DNA from: Tubulanus polymorphus
Lineage: Eukaryota > Animalia > Nemertea
DNA: 64,000 bases
NCBI RefSeq assembly: GCF_964204645.1
Contig: NC_134025.1
Coordinates: 4,402,001-4,466,000, forward strand
Direction of reading: 5' to 3'
Positions 1 to 12,644 of the stretch are shown piece by piece. Every line of letters begins with the position of its first letter. Position 1 is the stretch's first letter. The notes beneath the pieces were generated by a model, which made no database searches, was not told the origin of the DNA, and saw nothing but the letters and a program-made list of their open reading frames with translations. The position numbers and the translations under genes were made by a program.

Positions 1-2
1 TC

Positions 3-2351
3 AATCACGACGAGCGACGACGGCAGACGTTCAGTTTGTGAATGAACGCAATCACTGCTCCGCACAACTTTTTTATGAGCGCAACCGACAACGCGATCGA
101 TATCGATGATGCTACCAGTTCGCCCATCCTGTTCGCGGCTGCATATCGAATCGTTCGTATTATTAGAATTGATACGTACGCCCAGCAGCGGTGATGTCGA
201 AGTTGTTAACTGATCCGCCTGCTGCTGAATACTCCCAGAACACTCCCCTGTCCTTTCGTTTTCTGCTTTGCACCCATTCAATAGTTCATCGCTGTTACAA
301 CTCGTATTTCTGTCCGCGAGTCGTTCATTCATCACCGAGCTATCAGTGCACACGGCACTCAATGTGCCACACCTTTGTCGCTCAATTACGTGGTTGCCAT
401 CGTGAATGCCCGAGCTGCTTTCATTCATAAAGCTAGAACCTGAATGAACATTTCCGCATTGATTAGGATAATTTCTATTCAGATAAGAATCGCTATTGCC
501 AACATTAATTTCATCCGCGATGTAGCCTTCTTCAAACTTTGAATTGTCCCATTCACCGATGCCTTCCTCGAGCAAACACTCATTGTTTTCTTCATTTTGG
601 TCGGGATATTTAGAAGCAATTCTTGTGAATAAATCACCACCGGAGGGTGGTCGTTTCACATACACATTGGCATCTGCACTCAAATCTGACCCTATGTTTG
701 CGCTATAATTATCGTCCTTCTTCGCCAAACATGATAATTGCGTAGAATCCTCGCCTTCTGAAATGATTTTGCCTTCGCAATCTGAATCCCCGCATCTTCG
801 AGCATCGCGCGTCGACTGTAAAACAGCAGGTTTTTCATTATCGCTAACGTTCGCAAATCGTTTCGAACTAATCATCAACTTTTCATCTTTCATTCCTCGC
901 GACGATTGACTCGTTGCAAGTTGTTGGTCGCCAACCGGATGCTGGCACTGCTGCAACTTGCTCCGTGTCGCGCCATTATGAATGAATGAATAGTAGTCCG
1001 AAGATTCATTGAGCACTTTATAGTCACGTGACAATCCACAACCCATGCCGCTCGCTGCTGCACGATTTACTCCTGAATCAATTATAATATTTTGCTCGTC
1101 GTTACCCGGGCGAGCTGCAATATCAGTTGCTTCGAACAAATATCCGACGTTGTTGCCCGTGACAACAGAATCGCCGAGAGCTTCCTTCTCCGATAATTCT
1201 CGAATTTCTCGGCGAGCATGTTTTCGTATGAAATCTGGATCGGCGTAGTTCGAGTCGGTTTTTAAGGTTGCATGCGGCGAGCGCGATTCAGGTTCTGCGC
1301 AGTACACCGTTTGGTCGGTGCGCTGAATATGAGCGCCGCTCGCCGTCGAGGAACGCGGAAAAATTTGATAGCTTATACTACGAACACAGTCAGTCGACCG
1401 TAGTTCATCATCCTTCTTACAGGAGATAACATTGTTGCCAGCTTTGTTACAACCACTCCTTGCATCAAGTTCACACGAAGGTGGTTGTCTAGTACCATTA
1501 TTGCTAATGCAAGCTGTTGGCTCAACGACGCCAGTACTGGTAACTAGCGAACATATATCAGTAGGCATATTATTAGCACCCATCTCTGCTCGCGTTATTT
1601 TTACCCCTCGTTCTAGTTCATCAGTTTCAGGCTTCCCCGGCGAGCTAGTTCTTACACCGCGTTCATTCAAACTATCGCATTCATTCATGCCACGGTTTTT
1701 ATCAATGAACTCGGGTTTAATCCGCATGCTGGCAGCCGATTGGTTAAAATCAATAATGTCACTGCATCTCTTAGCAGCCAAGGGATTGGCACTTTCTGCA
1801 TGTGTAATGAGATTACTTCTGTCGTTATTGCTCGTAGCATGACTTTCCTGACAATGAACGCCGCTCCCTTTCGCCGTCGCCATAGAGCCATCATCGGTTT
1901 TTACGGAGTAAACTGCAGCATCAAGTGGTCTATCTGCACCGACGACATCATTCAACGATGCTGAATCATTAGCAGTCGACGGCACCGCGTTCCCAGGGTC
2001 GTCTAATCCGTGCTTAGGCAACGTCGAACTTAACGCTTTCGCCTTCGTTGATTTCTTTGAACTCTTTTTGCCCTCTCGTTTAATAGAAAGGTTTTCGGGT
2101 GAAGCAGAATTTGAATCCGCCGTTTGATCGACTTCAGCGTCGTTGTCATGTTGTAAAGAAGAAGACGCGCTGAGTTTAGTTTTATTCGGCGAGGATTTTT
2201 CATCGCGAATGCTACTTTTCTCACAAACCACCTGCTTTTGATCGGACGTCACATTTTCTAAAGAATAGCGTTTCTTCCCTGATAACGATCGATGATGAAA
2301 AGTTCCCTTCAGTTTCTTTTTGAATGATCGTGATTTCTCATTCCCCTCCAT
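3..2351 (-). CDS. Large first coding exon of an unidentified gene; low-complexity S/N/D/K-rich protein, about 780 aa within the window, open at the left edge
   Basis: Acceptor ttttttcag|GC then ATG at 2351 (MEGNEKSRSFKKKLKGTFHHRSLSGKKRYSLENV...). I translated the frame without a stop for about 400 codons. Its absence from the ORF track fits a frame with no stop before the window edge. No recognisable domain. Confidence 0.75.
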   Translation of the reverse strand, partial: MEGNEKSRSFKKKLKGTFHHRSLSGKKRYSLENVTSDQKQVVCEKSSIRDEKSSPNKTKLSASSSLQHDNDAEVDQTADSNSASPENLSIKREGKKSSKKSTKAKALSSTLPKHGLDDPGNAVPSTANDSASLNDVVGADRPLDAAVYSVKTDDGSMATAKGSGVHCQESHATSNNDRSNLITHAESANPLAAKRCSDIIDFNQSAASMRIKPEFIDKNRGMNECDSLNERGVRTSSPGKPETDELERGVKITRAEMGANNMPTDICSLVTSTGVVEPTACISNNGTRQPPSCELDARSGCNKAGNNVISCKKDDELRSTDCVRSISYQIFPRSSTASGAHIQRTDQTVYCAEPESRSPHATLKTDSNYADPDFIRKHARREIRELSEKEALGDSVVTGNNVGYLFEATDIAARPGNDEQNIIIDSGVNRAAASGMGCGLSRDYKVLNESSDYYSFIHNGATRSKLQQCQHPVGDQQLATSQSSRGMKDEKLMISSKRFANVSDNEKPAVLQSTRDARRCGDSDCEGKIISEGEDSTQLSCLAKKDDNYSANIGSDLSADANVYVKRPPSGGDLFTRIASKYPDQNEENNECLLEEGIGEWDNSKFEEGYIADEINVGNSDSYLNRNYPNQCGNVHSGSSFMNESSSGIHDGNHVIERQRCGTLSAVCTDSSVMNERLADRNTSCNSDELLNGCKAENERTGECSGSIQQQADQLTTSTSPLLGVRINSNNTNDSICSREQDGRTGSIIDIDRVVGCAHKKVVRSSDCVHSQTERLPSSLVVI

Positions 2352-4620
2352 GCCTGAAAAAACAGAGGAAACATAGTCTCATAATATACAGGAAACCCTG
2401 ATTTCAGACACTAAACACTCCTCACGAGAAATTCTCAAATATTTCAGATACACTTCTGCACATAAGTGGATATTGATTAATAACAAGGCAAGTCAATGGG
2501 GAGTGGCACAACCATATGATCCTTATGAATTGATCGAAAATATTCAGAATGCTAGACATAAATGTCAAACAATCATCAATTCATCATCTCCTATGAATTC
2601 AAAATTTAGTTTAAAACCAAATTAGTGTTAGGCCTAAATCTTTATCCAACACTAAAGGCCAGTTTCATAGTCGAGACTTGATTCCAAAAGTGATCTTAAA
2701 ATCTTAAGATAGGTCTTAAATTAAGTAGTTAGATTGGCTTTAGGCCTAGAGCTAAGTTGGTCTTAAACTGATCTAGGAATAAAACAGTACATTGTATTAT
2801 TGTCTATTCAATGCAACGTCATCCTAAAATCATTTTTTTTTTCAATTATCTTTTGGTTCTACACAAAATGAGGGTTTGTATCCAACATGAATATTTTCAT
2901 TGTCCAAATAAGGATATATTTCTTCTTCCTCTTTTCTATTGTCAATATATCCATCATTGCATACGCTTTTCATGTATGAAACTATGCAGCCATATTGGAA
3001 TTATGTGCATGTAGCCTTGTAATCATGCTGGCAGCGATGATCAAACTCGAAATGATTTCATAACCAAACCAGAAAATGAAATGATAAATGGCTTTATATT
3101 AAGATTACATTACTGGGAATACAGGCTTTTATAACTGCTAACAAAACAAACCTCATGGAAAAAAAGTCAGTTAATTCGTTATTTATGTACCTTGCCTTCA
3201 TAAAATATTTTCCAAAACTCAATGCATTAGTAATGAAACACATTCACCTGACCCCCTCAACCCATCCCAAAGCGGTGTTATTGCGTTGCAATAACATGAC
3301 CTTGTAAAGCTAGCTACCATATTGAATTATTCACAGCATACTGCCAAATATACCAACCTCAATGAATGCAACCTTGGGGGTGTAAATTAATGAATGATAA
3401 AAGGGAGATTGCAATACGTAATTAATCTTTAGACAAAACGAGACAAAATGATTTGGAGTTAGGCAGAATTTTTTCAATGAATCGGGCTGCATAATGAGAT
3501 ACACGATGACAGCTTACGAGTTGAGTCTCCGGGGGTAGTAACTCACAACACTCCCAGTAACCATCTGATGAATGAGTTCGCCAAGATGCTGTTGTCATGA
3601 CAACATTTGGTTCATTTTGAGAAGAAAAATTGCCCGAGTATTAAACATAACATCATACGCATTTAAATTGCATCTATTCGCTAATGTTGATTAAATAATT
3701 TACTTGAAATGGAATGAAAATATGGCTTTCTTAATGCGTCGGCATTCGTAATTGGAGTCGTGTATGTAATGTATGTTTACAATGAACCAATCCCAGTTTC
3801 ATTGATAAATTCAACGAAAACAATAGACAGCACTGCCATCTTTCAGCAGAATTGAACAACTCTAAGGCAATGTAGACTACAAATAATCAAACATAACGAT
3901 AGATGGCTTCACAAATGATTATGATACAATGAAATGTACCATTATATCAAATAGTTGTTAGACATACCTCGATTGTGTCAACTAAACTTAGTGCTATCAG
4001 GAGGTTTGTCCAAAAGTTTTTTACTCTAAGATGATAATTAATCCAAGAAAATAGGACTCTTCTTGTTAAGCTCAGACTTCTAAGAGTTTCCAAAAAACTG
4101 ACGTAAACATGTATGCCTATATTTTGTATAATGCTGCACGTCACAATTATAAATAAGGCATGAATAGATTTTTACAATAAATGGCTCAATGAATTGAATA
4201 AATTGCAATAAAAATCAATAACTTCCTTGTTGAAGTAATTTTTCGGAAAATAAAGGCATCCTGTATCCTGTGACTCAAATACGCGATCACATGAAAGTAT
4301 ACCCTAATACAGTACAGCAATATAAAACATACCAAACCTGTTTCTTCCTATTCAGTATTCAATGACAGAAAATATCAATTTGACACATCTACTGGTACTA
4401 GGCATAAGCCCTTGTAGGATATCACATTTGCGCAATTAGAAAGCATATTCAATGGAAAAACAACTCGGAGAAAAAATTATTTTCAAAAATCAATATAGAA
4501 TTTCTGAAATATATCAATATGTATGGTGGCTGATAAGGGCCATAGCGTAAAATTCCTGGTATGTAAATGAGGGCGCCAGAACGCCAGAACGCCAAAACGA
4601 AAAAAAACGTCCAATTTTCT

Positions 4621-5741
4621 CTGAAAGTTCGTTTTGGCGCGCCAAAACAAAGAAAATTCCGTTTTGGCGCCCCCGCCAAAACGAACTTTCATTTTGGCGC
4701 CCCCGCCAAAACGAACTTTCGTTTTGGCGCCCCCGCCAAAACAACGAAAAACGTCGAAATTTCTCTAAAAGTTCGTTTTGGCGCGCCAAAACAAAGAAAA
4801 TTCCGTTTTGGCGCCCCCGCCAAAACGAACTTTCATTTTGGCGCCCCCGCCAAAACGAACTTTCGTTTTGGCGCCCCCGCCAAAACAACGAAAAACGTCG
4901 AAATTTCTCTAAAAGTTCGTTTTGGCGCGCCAAAACAAAGAAAATTCCGTTTTGGCGCCCCCGCCAAAACGAACTTTCATTTTGGCGCCCCCGCCAAAAC
5001 GAACTTTCGTTTTGGCGCCCCCGCCAAAACAACGAAAAACGTCGAAATTTCTCTAAAAGTTCGTTTTGGCGCGCCAAAACGGAGAATATTCCGTTTTGGC
5101 GCCCCCGCCAAAACGAACTTTCATTTTGGCGCCCCCGCCAAAACGAACTTTCGTTTTGGCGCCCCCGCCAAAACAACGAAAAACGTCGAAATTTCTCTAA
5201 AAGTTCGTTTTGGCGCGCCAAAACGGAGAATATTCCGTTTTGGCGCCCCCGCCAAAACGAACTTTCATTTTGGCGCCCCCGCCAAAACGAACTTTCGTTT
5301 TGGCGCCCCCGCCAAAACAACGAAAAACGTCGAAATTTCTCTAAAAGTTCGTTTTGGCGCGCCAAAACAAAGAAAATTCCGTTTTGGCGCCCCCGCCAAA
5401 ACGAACTTTCATTTTGGCGCCCCCGCCAAAACGAACTTTCGTTTTGGCGCCCCCGCCAAAACAACGAAAAACGTCGAAATTTCTCTAAAAGTTCGTTTTG
5501 GCGCGCCAAAACGGAGAATATTCCGTTTTGGCGCCCACGCCAAAACGAACTTTCATTTTGGCGCCCCCGCCAAAACGAACTTTCGTTTTGGCGCCCCCGC
5601 CAAAACAACGAAAAACGTCGAAATTTCTCTAAAAGTTCGTTTTGGCGCGCCAAAACAAAGAAAATTCCGTTTTGGCGCCCCCGCCAAAACGAACTTTCAT
5701 TTTGGCGCCCCCGCTAAAACGAACTTTCGTTTTGGCGCCCC
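4621..5741 (+). repeat. Left TIR tandem array: about 8 copies of a 144-bp unit made of TTTTGGCG-(CCCC or nothing)-CGCCAAAA palindromes
   Basis: Units start at 4621, 4765, 4909, 5053, 5197, 5341, 5485 and 5629. Confidence 0.97.
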
Positions 5742-5820
5742 GGAAACGTGTCTACTCCAGATGCTGACATACAAATTATGTACATACGCATACGTACTCG
5801 TGCACGACCGCTTAATTATA

Positions 5821-8113
5821 ATGGACACCGTTCGGACTTGTATCCTTTTACGTAATAAAGACCAAGTTGCTCAACGGTCGATTTTGCTGTTGATCTTGTT
5901 GATGATCTTAACAGATTCCTCTAGTTGATGATACTGTTAGGAAGCTTTTTGCAGATGGGTACACAAATGCAGAAATGAGGATTGCCATGTTATCTAACTT
6001 CGGAATAACTATTAGGTACGTATATATAAATTCCATGGCCTACATCAAGATGGTCTAAGAATAGATTTTAATTGTCTGCAGCTACGTATGGGCACTGCCA
6101 TTTTTATTCAATATTACTCCTTATAATGATGTGATATAGTAGTTTAGTTCACAAACCGTCTTGTTTATTTTAAACTTTCAGTGAACGCCACCTCAAACGA
6201 CAATTGAATAGGTTAGGTTTGAAAAGAAACAACAATTACGTTCTCAATGACGTAACCGCTGCAGTCGAGGAAAGTAATCCGAATTTTTGAAGTGATGCTT
6301 ATATCTGATAGAAATTGAAAATGTCTTTTGGGTTTAAGATTATGTTCTCTGCATTATTACAGGTTGAGCTTGCTGGCAGCGGATGTTGCATGGGATATCG
6401 TGCTATGTCACAACGTCTCCGTCAACGCTACGGAATAAGAGCCCCTAGGTAAGATGTATGATCGGGTGGCTACCTACACGGTTAATTCCTGACATGATAA
6501 ATGAGGGCGCTAAAGTACCAAAACGCCATAACTAAAAAAACTTAATTTCTCGAAAAATATTTTTTGGCCAAATTGAAGAATTGTCAGTTTTGTTACTCCT
6601 GACAAAAAGAACTTTCGAATCGGCCAGCATATGTATAAATGTGTATTTGATTGATGTAAGACCTTTAAGATGAGATCTGGATCACTTCACTCATGTGTTA
6701 TATGATTGTTTACTTCTAGGTCTCTAGTTTCCAATATCCTTCAGAATTTAGACTTCGAAGGAGTACAGAATAGGACCCATGGAGTTTTAAGACGACGACG
6801 TTACTTTAACAAGGGTCCCAATTATCTTGTCCATCTCGATGGTTATGACAAGCTCAAGCCTTTTGGTTTCCCGATTCATGGGTGTATAGATGGGTAAACA
6901 TAATATATAATTGATATATCCTAAAAGATATTATTTCCACCTATCAACAGCAGTTGCTATAAGTTCAGAATTTGGTTTGTCGAACATGTTCATAAACACA
7001 GTCTATATTTAAAAGATTTTCCCGACGAATCCTTTGGTTAAGAGTTGGAAATACTAATAATGACCCAGAGGTGGTTGCGTGGTACTTTTTAGATTTCGTT
7101 CAGGACATTGAAGGTAGATAGAATTGTCATATATAAATACACAATGTGCCGAAATTATGCCTGGGAAAATTTATCTGTTATCAATCGTCGATTAAGATAA
7201 TACTCTGACCGTCATCTTTATATCATCATTCAGCAGTTCCTCGCTGCATCCGTATGGACGCTGGAACCGAAAATGGCAGAATTGCAGCGATTCAGAAGGC
7301 CTTTAGAGCAGAATATGACGACGAAACGTGCGTTCTTGTGGGTAGATCTACGAGTAATCAGGTTCGTGGTGTCATTAATATGGGTAGATTTGGACAATCC
7401 CCATTTCTGCGCTAGAACCAACTTAAGATACTTCAAAACTCACCAATTATTTTATTTTTCTTTGTTTTAAGCGCATTGAACGATGGTGGCGAAGTCTTCG
7501 AAACGAAGTTGTTCAGTTTTGGATGAACGTATTTAAAGATATGGAGGAAAATGGAAGTCTATCTACCGCGGACGTTGTGCACATGTAGGTTAAATACCCG
7601 CCTTTAAAGCGCGTTGCGATTTTTTGTGATCCACGTAGTAATTTCCCTTTCTCCAATATTTTTCAGTCAAACCTTAAGATACTGTTTTTTTGATTTGATA
7701 AATGCCGATCTTCAGGATTTCGTGCAGGAGTGGAATACACATGCCATCAGGCCTCAACGAAATGTGGATGTTCCACCCGGAAAACCTGATCTATTATACT
7801 TCTCGCCGGAATATTACGGTACGAAATACGCTGTATAAAAATGAGCATAGGTTTCTAAGTTTACGATGTTTTTATCACTTCTTGATAATACGAAATAATA
7901 TTTTCAGGCACGATAGACTACAAATTTCCAGTGGACGCTGGACTACTTCCGCAAATTCGAGAGGAATTTTGTAGTAAGCCGAATGAATCGAGAGGCTGTG
8001 ATCCGGACTTTTCAGCGATGTGTGATCTTATAACGAGGCAGGGACAACAATCAAGACCGACATCAACCCCAGAAGCCGCTGCTTTGTATGACTGGCTATT
8101 AACTCAATTCTGA
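5821..8113 (+). CDS. DDE transposase (integrase core), about 384 aa, 10 predicted exons
   Basis: Exons 5821-5829 (tentative), 5915-6015, 6182-6269, 6363-6448, 6720-6893, 7016-7113, 7234-7361, 7472-7584, 7667-7818, 7908-8113, all phase-compatible. Motifs: HTH-like GITISERHLKRQL, GYRAMSQRLR, GPNYLVHLDGYDKLKPFGFPIHGCIDGFSRRILWL (D1), RMDAGTEN (D2), STSNQRIERWW (E), WNTHAIR. One donor (6270) reads GAAAGT instead of GT. Confidence 0.9.
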
Positions 8114-8835
8114 GAGCATACATGTTAGAATCATTTTTATACGTATCTGTCCTGCACGGTTTATGTGTTGTCTGTTCATGATGTATTTCGAAGATTCAAA
8201 TATATCTATGATACACGTTACGCGTTGAAAAGAATATGATTGTAATTTTTCATGGATTCATGCGACTGTTTGGGCTTAGTAATACATCATACTAACACTA
8301 CCCATGTTTTAATTCGCTATCCAACCCCATCTTAAGTAGGTGTCTCAGAAATAGAATACGCGTGCCATCAATTTACATGGAGAATTATCTGCGAAAGCGT
8401 ACTCCAGTATCCGCTATTCTCAAAACGCTTCAGAATAAATTTGCGTATGGTTCAAAAAGATGTATTTTTGATTAAATTTATTTTGAGAAAGTTCTATGAA
8501 GCGGTTGTTTAAAAAGTGGTCTTATGGACAAGTCACATATCTTTCATCCTCGCATGCCAGGGGTCTGGTATCGCACCCCGAACTCGTTTCCACCACCCCC
8601 TGGCCTCACGACGCGTGATTTCATTACTGGTTGAAATACCTCCTTGTACGTTGATTGGTCCATTTAACGGGAAAATCAACAGAAGCCTATAATATCGTTT
8701 GCTTAAAGCGCTGTGATTGGTACGACCGGATTCTGGTCGGCTAGTAACGACTCCAACGACTCGCGAGGTCAAGGGGTTCGGGGAACACGGCTTTAGCTTA
8801 GTGAATTCGATTCCCACGACAGGTGAAGATGCATA

Positions 8836-9009
8836 CATTGGAACCTCGTTACAACGAACCTCTGGGGACCAGAAAATATTGTTCATTTTAACAGATATTT
8901 CGTCATATCCAGTGTGAAATTAATCAAATTGTCTAATGTGGGACACAATCTTGTATTTGTTATGTCCGATGAATCGTTGTATCCCAGTTAGTTATAACGA
9001 GTTCCACTG
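8836..9009. mobile_element. Tc1/mariner-pogo-type MITE nested in the transposon spacer
   Basis: TA-CATTGGAACCTCGTTACAAC ... GTTATAACGAGTTCCACTG-TA; a related inverted copy lies at 19717-19875. Confidence 0.75.
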
Positions 9010-9717
9010 TATCTCTATATGAATGTGCAATTTTGACAGTATATAATTTAATCGTGTTCGAATACGTGCCAATGACACTTTCGTACTACGATATCATTTG
9101 CAGCTCGAGTGAAAGTGAGACACCATGAAAGAACGAAAACGCAATGAAGTGAAGATATTTGAATATTTTAATCGAAGTATCAAAGTTTCTCTTAAAAGCC
9201 TTAAAACATTATCTACGTTTTAATACCGTGTTGATACAATATATCAATATGTACTTAAAGATGATTGTCTTACAATTTCGAGACAAAACATAACTTGACA
9301 GCAGAGAAGTGGCACCCCCAAATCGCCCTGTTTTCAATACAAACAAAAAACGTATTTGGTCATGATTGATTCCCTAATTTGAAACGACAAATATAAGGAG
9401 CAAGTTTAACAGCTCTCGGTAAGGTTTGACTCGAGAGTCAAGTCGGTTTTTTTCAATATTTCCAATGCTTTAACTCTAGAGTCAAACTTAACCGAGAACT
9501 GTAGAACCTGGTCAAAATGCACTGCATGAATAATTACTTCTATCATCAAAAGATCGTCACTAAGTAATTCTATGATAAAAGAAACGACATCAGGGCTGGC
9601 AATATTAAAAATAAACACACCACTTTTGGCCTAAACAAAAGAACTTAAACACGTTTTGATCCAACTTTGAAAATATGAAACTTACGTGGATTACGTCATT
9701 TCGTTTCTAGAATAATT

Positions 9718-12320
9718 TTATACGACGTCCATAACCCAAACATTGCTCTGGAGAATATTATCGAATTCTTGTTTCAGTTCGACGTATTCGTCATATGTTT
9801 CTGGTAACTCCAATATCTGGGCACATGTTCGAGCAACTGGAGCTCGTTGGAGACCGTCTACCTTAGTAAAGGTCACGTCAATCTTTTGGCAGTTACAGAT
9901 GTCAGAACCAGTACAATAGCGGAGGAACTTAGACAACATGCTTTCATCCAATGATCTGACATATCTCTTCAGTAACGTAGCAACATTTGACTGAGGAGCT
10001 GACAAAACGTTTGGAAAAGAAAGTAATTCTACCACTTTGCGACAGGAGGGTTTAAGATCCGTACAAAGATCGAGGTACTGTTTATATGATATTGTTACAT
10101 ATTTCTGTATCATAGGTTTTATACAATCAACTATAAATCTCGGCTTTTGCACCAATTCCTGGTGACTAATTTCCCGAATCAACATGGAGAAGTTCTCCTT
10201 CGTAGGAAGTTTCCGACATTCATATCCCCCCAGTATGTCTATTATCTCTTCGACGTCATTTGCTTCATCATCGAAATTAGCCAATGCGCGTCGAAATACC
10301 AGCTCCTCAGACGGAGAAACATATTTCAGGAATGATTCGACCAAGTCTACGCTATCATCCTGCTGGAAGAACAATTCGGAAACAAATGGCTGCGCGAGGA
10401 ATATTGGGAAATATGATGTTTCCTGAAATCCTTTACTGATGATGCGTCCTACAGCCTCCCATTTCTCTGTGCCATAATCATGGCGTATGAGAGGGATCAT
10501 CTGACTACTACCCGTCATACATTGCTTTCTAAATTCTGACCAAAATTCAGTAAGACACTCTCGAAAGACACCGTGTCCTTCTCCGGCTTCAACATTTCCA
10601 TTAGGGAGTATCATTCGAGCATTTATTATTTTCCCCATCACCGATGCATCACAAAAAGCGTTTATCATATCTTCGACCATGGCTGTTCTGCGAACCAGAA
10701 GGTTGTATTCTTCCCGTTCAATGCGATTAATCTCTTCTTGTGATAACTCGCCACTAGTCTGTACTCTGAATTGAATTGTAGGCGTATCAGGCTGTATCAA
10801 TTCGAAATCATTAAAGTTGATATCTGCTATACCATCACGGGAATGTGTATCATTTGCACCCGTATGTATGCCAACAGCACCGGTAGGCACATAACCAGAC
10901 TGAATCCCGGCCGCAAATGGAGTTGAAAGTGTATGGGCAGATTGGGTATGCGTAGTTAAAACGATAGGTTGAATATCACTACTAGCCGAAATTGTAGATG
11001 AGGCTGCTGGCGTAAACGACAATGCCGGTTGCATCAACGAAAACATAGGTAAAGTTGACTCAGAAATCGGTGGCTGGTGGGTATTAGCAAGAAAGGATGA
11101 CATGGATGGCAAGGATGTTTCATCATCACTATCGTCAACTAAAACAGTTGTGTGAAGATAGAGCCTAATAGGGTTTGTTTTATGTGCTGCGATGTAGGCC
11201 TCTAGACCAAAAACATTACCACACTCAAGATAATCACATAACCGATTACCATTGAAATTTGCTAAGTAATAGCTCACATCATTGATTTTTAGGTTCATCG
11301 CATTCGATTTGCCGTCTGGAAAAAATAGGTTTAAGAACTCCATGGTTAAGGCCGACAAGTTCATTTCTTTTTTCAGGTCCAAAGTGTGTGTCCCCCCACC
11401 CTTGCTTGCAGTAACTAGTACAAAGGTCCCGCTTTTGATGGCGTGTTTCCAACCTAGTTTTATTCGTCGTGTATCTTTCTCTGCATTTTTTGTCGTCATT
11501 GATTTCTTGGTGCCGGCCTTCCGTTTTTGAAATTGCGTTCTCAACCTGCACAAAACACTAGATGATCCTGAAAATGAAATAATAAAGGAAAGTGTTATAT
11601 ATTTCAAGTAAACAATTTACAAATTTGTAAAAAGATCCATTGATCGCAGACCCGTCGTAAGTCGAATCGCAAGGATAGAACAAGTTCTATTTCAGCGATG
11701 AGTTATGCGTCAAATGACCTTTGGACTCGGCGATGATTGAATCGTTGTCGATCTGACTGTGACAAACGAATCGCCAATCGGCGGTCACGTGTTTACTACC
11801 GCTGTTTTTACGACGAGATGGTCGTCGTAAGTCGACCTCAGCTTAGCTTAATCACGAGAAATAGGCACAAGCCTTCATAACCTCTCTAAAAGTATAACCC
11901 TCTGATAGCACAATCTCATGGACAGAATTGAATTAGCGTAACGGTCAGTGACAACGGTCATGAAAGTTGGAATTAAGCACGTGATTTATCTTAAAACTCA
12001 AATTATTACCTGCACTAGACACATTTTCATCTTCTTTAGGCTGAGAATTTACTATCCTACACCTATTCCTTAGCCGGACTCTATCCCCGATAGCTGTAAC
12101 TCCTGCTGCTTCAAAATCATTATCTGTCATGGTCGTGACGTCACTAACACCTATCTGGATGAGAAATTAAAATATGATACATTTTCAGAAGTTATGGCCC
12201 TATAGCATTACCAATCGGGGCAAGTCTGTGTATACATAAAGTATTGAAACACGGTACCTTATTTTCGAGAAACTTTGCAATGTATTGGCCTAATCCCAAT
12301 TCTAGGAGTATGTTGTCCAT
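9718..12320 (-). CDS. SAM-domain plus HECT-domain E3 ubiquitin ligase-like protein, 685 aa, carried by the transposon
   Basis: Exons 12320-12258, 12154-12010 and 11567-9718 (2058 nt, in frame, GT-AG). SAM-like N-terminus MDNILLELGLGQYIAKFLENKIGVSDVTTMTDNDFEAAGVTAIGDRVRL. HECT motifs EAGEGHGVFRECLTEFW, KFLRYCTGSD and catalytic Cys in PVARTCAQILELPETY near the C-terminus. Confidence 0.9.
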
Positions 12321-12644
12321 CTGTAAAGAAGACATTTACGAATTAACGCCATTGAATGATTATAATTCATTAGTTTTCACTAATGCAGACCGAGCAAAAT
12401 AATCGTCGCTTACAATGATTAGGCAGTACGAGAGAAACGGCTCACGTCGAAAACTTAGAATACTACCAGTACGTGTTATATTGCCTGCGCATACCAGAGA
12501 ACGACATCGGTTTTTTTAATATGTTTTCAGCGGCCGAAAATCAATCGATTTTTAAAATATATTGGCATATTAAAGAACAAAGTTTATGAATAGGCCTATG
12601 TGAGCTAAGCAATGCGAGGCAATGTATAGGATTTAAATGATACC

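Noticed and set aside
4621-5741. CRISPR-like appearance of palindromic repeats with short intervening sequences
   Set aside because: The intervening sequences recur with a strict 144-bp period rather than being unique spacers, there are no cas genes, the context is eukaryotic, and the array is mirrored as a TIR.
8560-8830. tRNA/SINE-like fragments (TTCGATTCCC, CCACCA) in the transposon spacer
   Set aside because: No cloverleaf or properly spaced A/B boxes could be built.
9718-11607. 629-aa single-exon HECT ORF as listed in the ORF track
   Set aside because: Its first residues are intron sequence; the acceptor at 11567 joins two upstream SAM-encoding exons.
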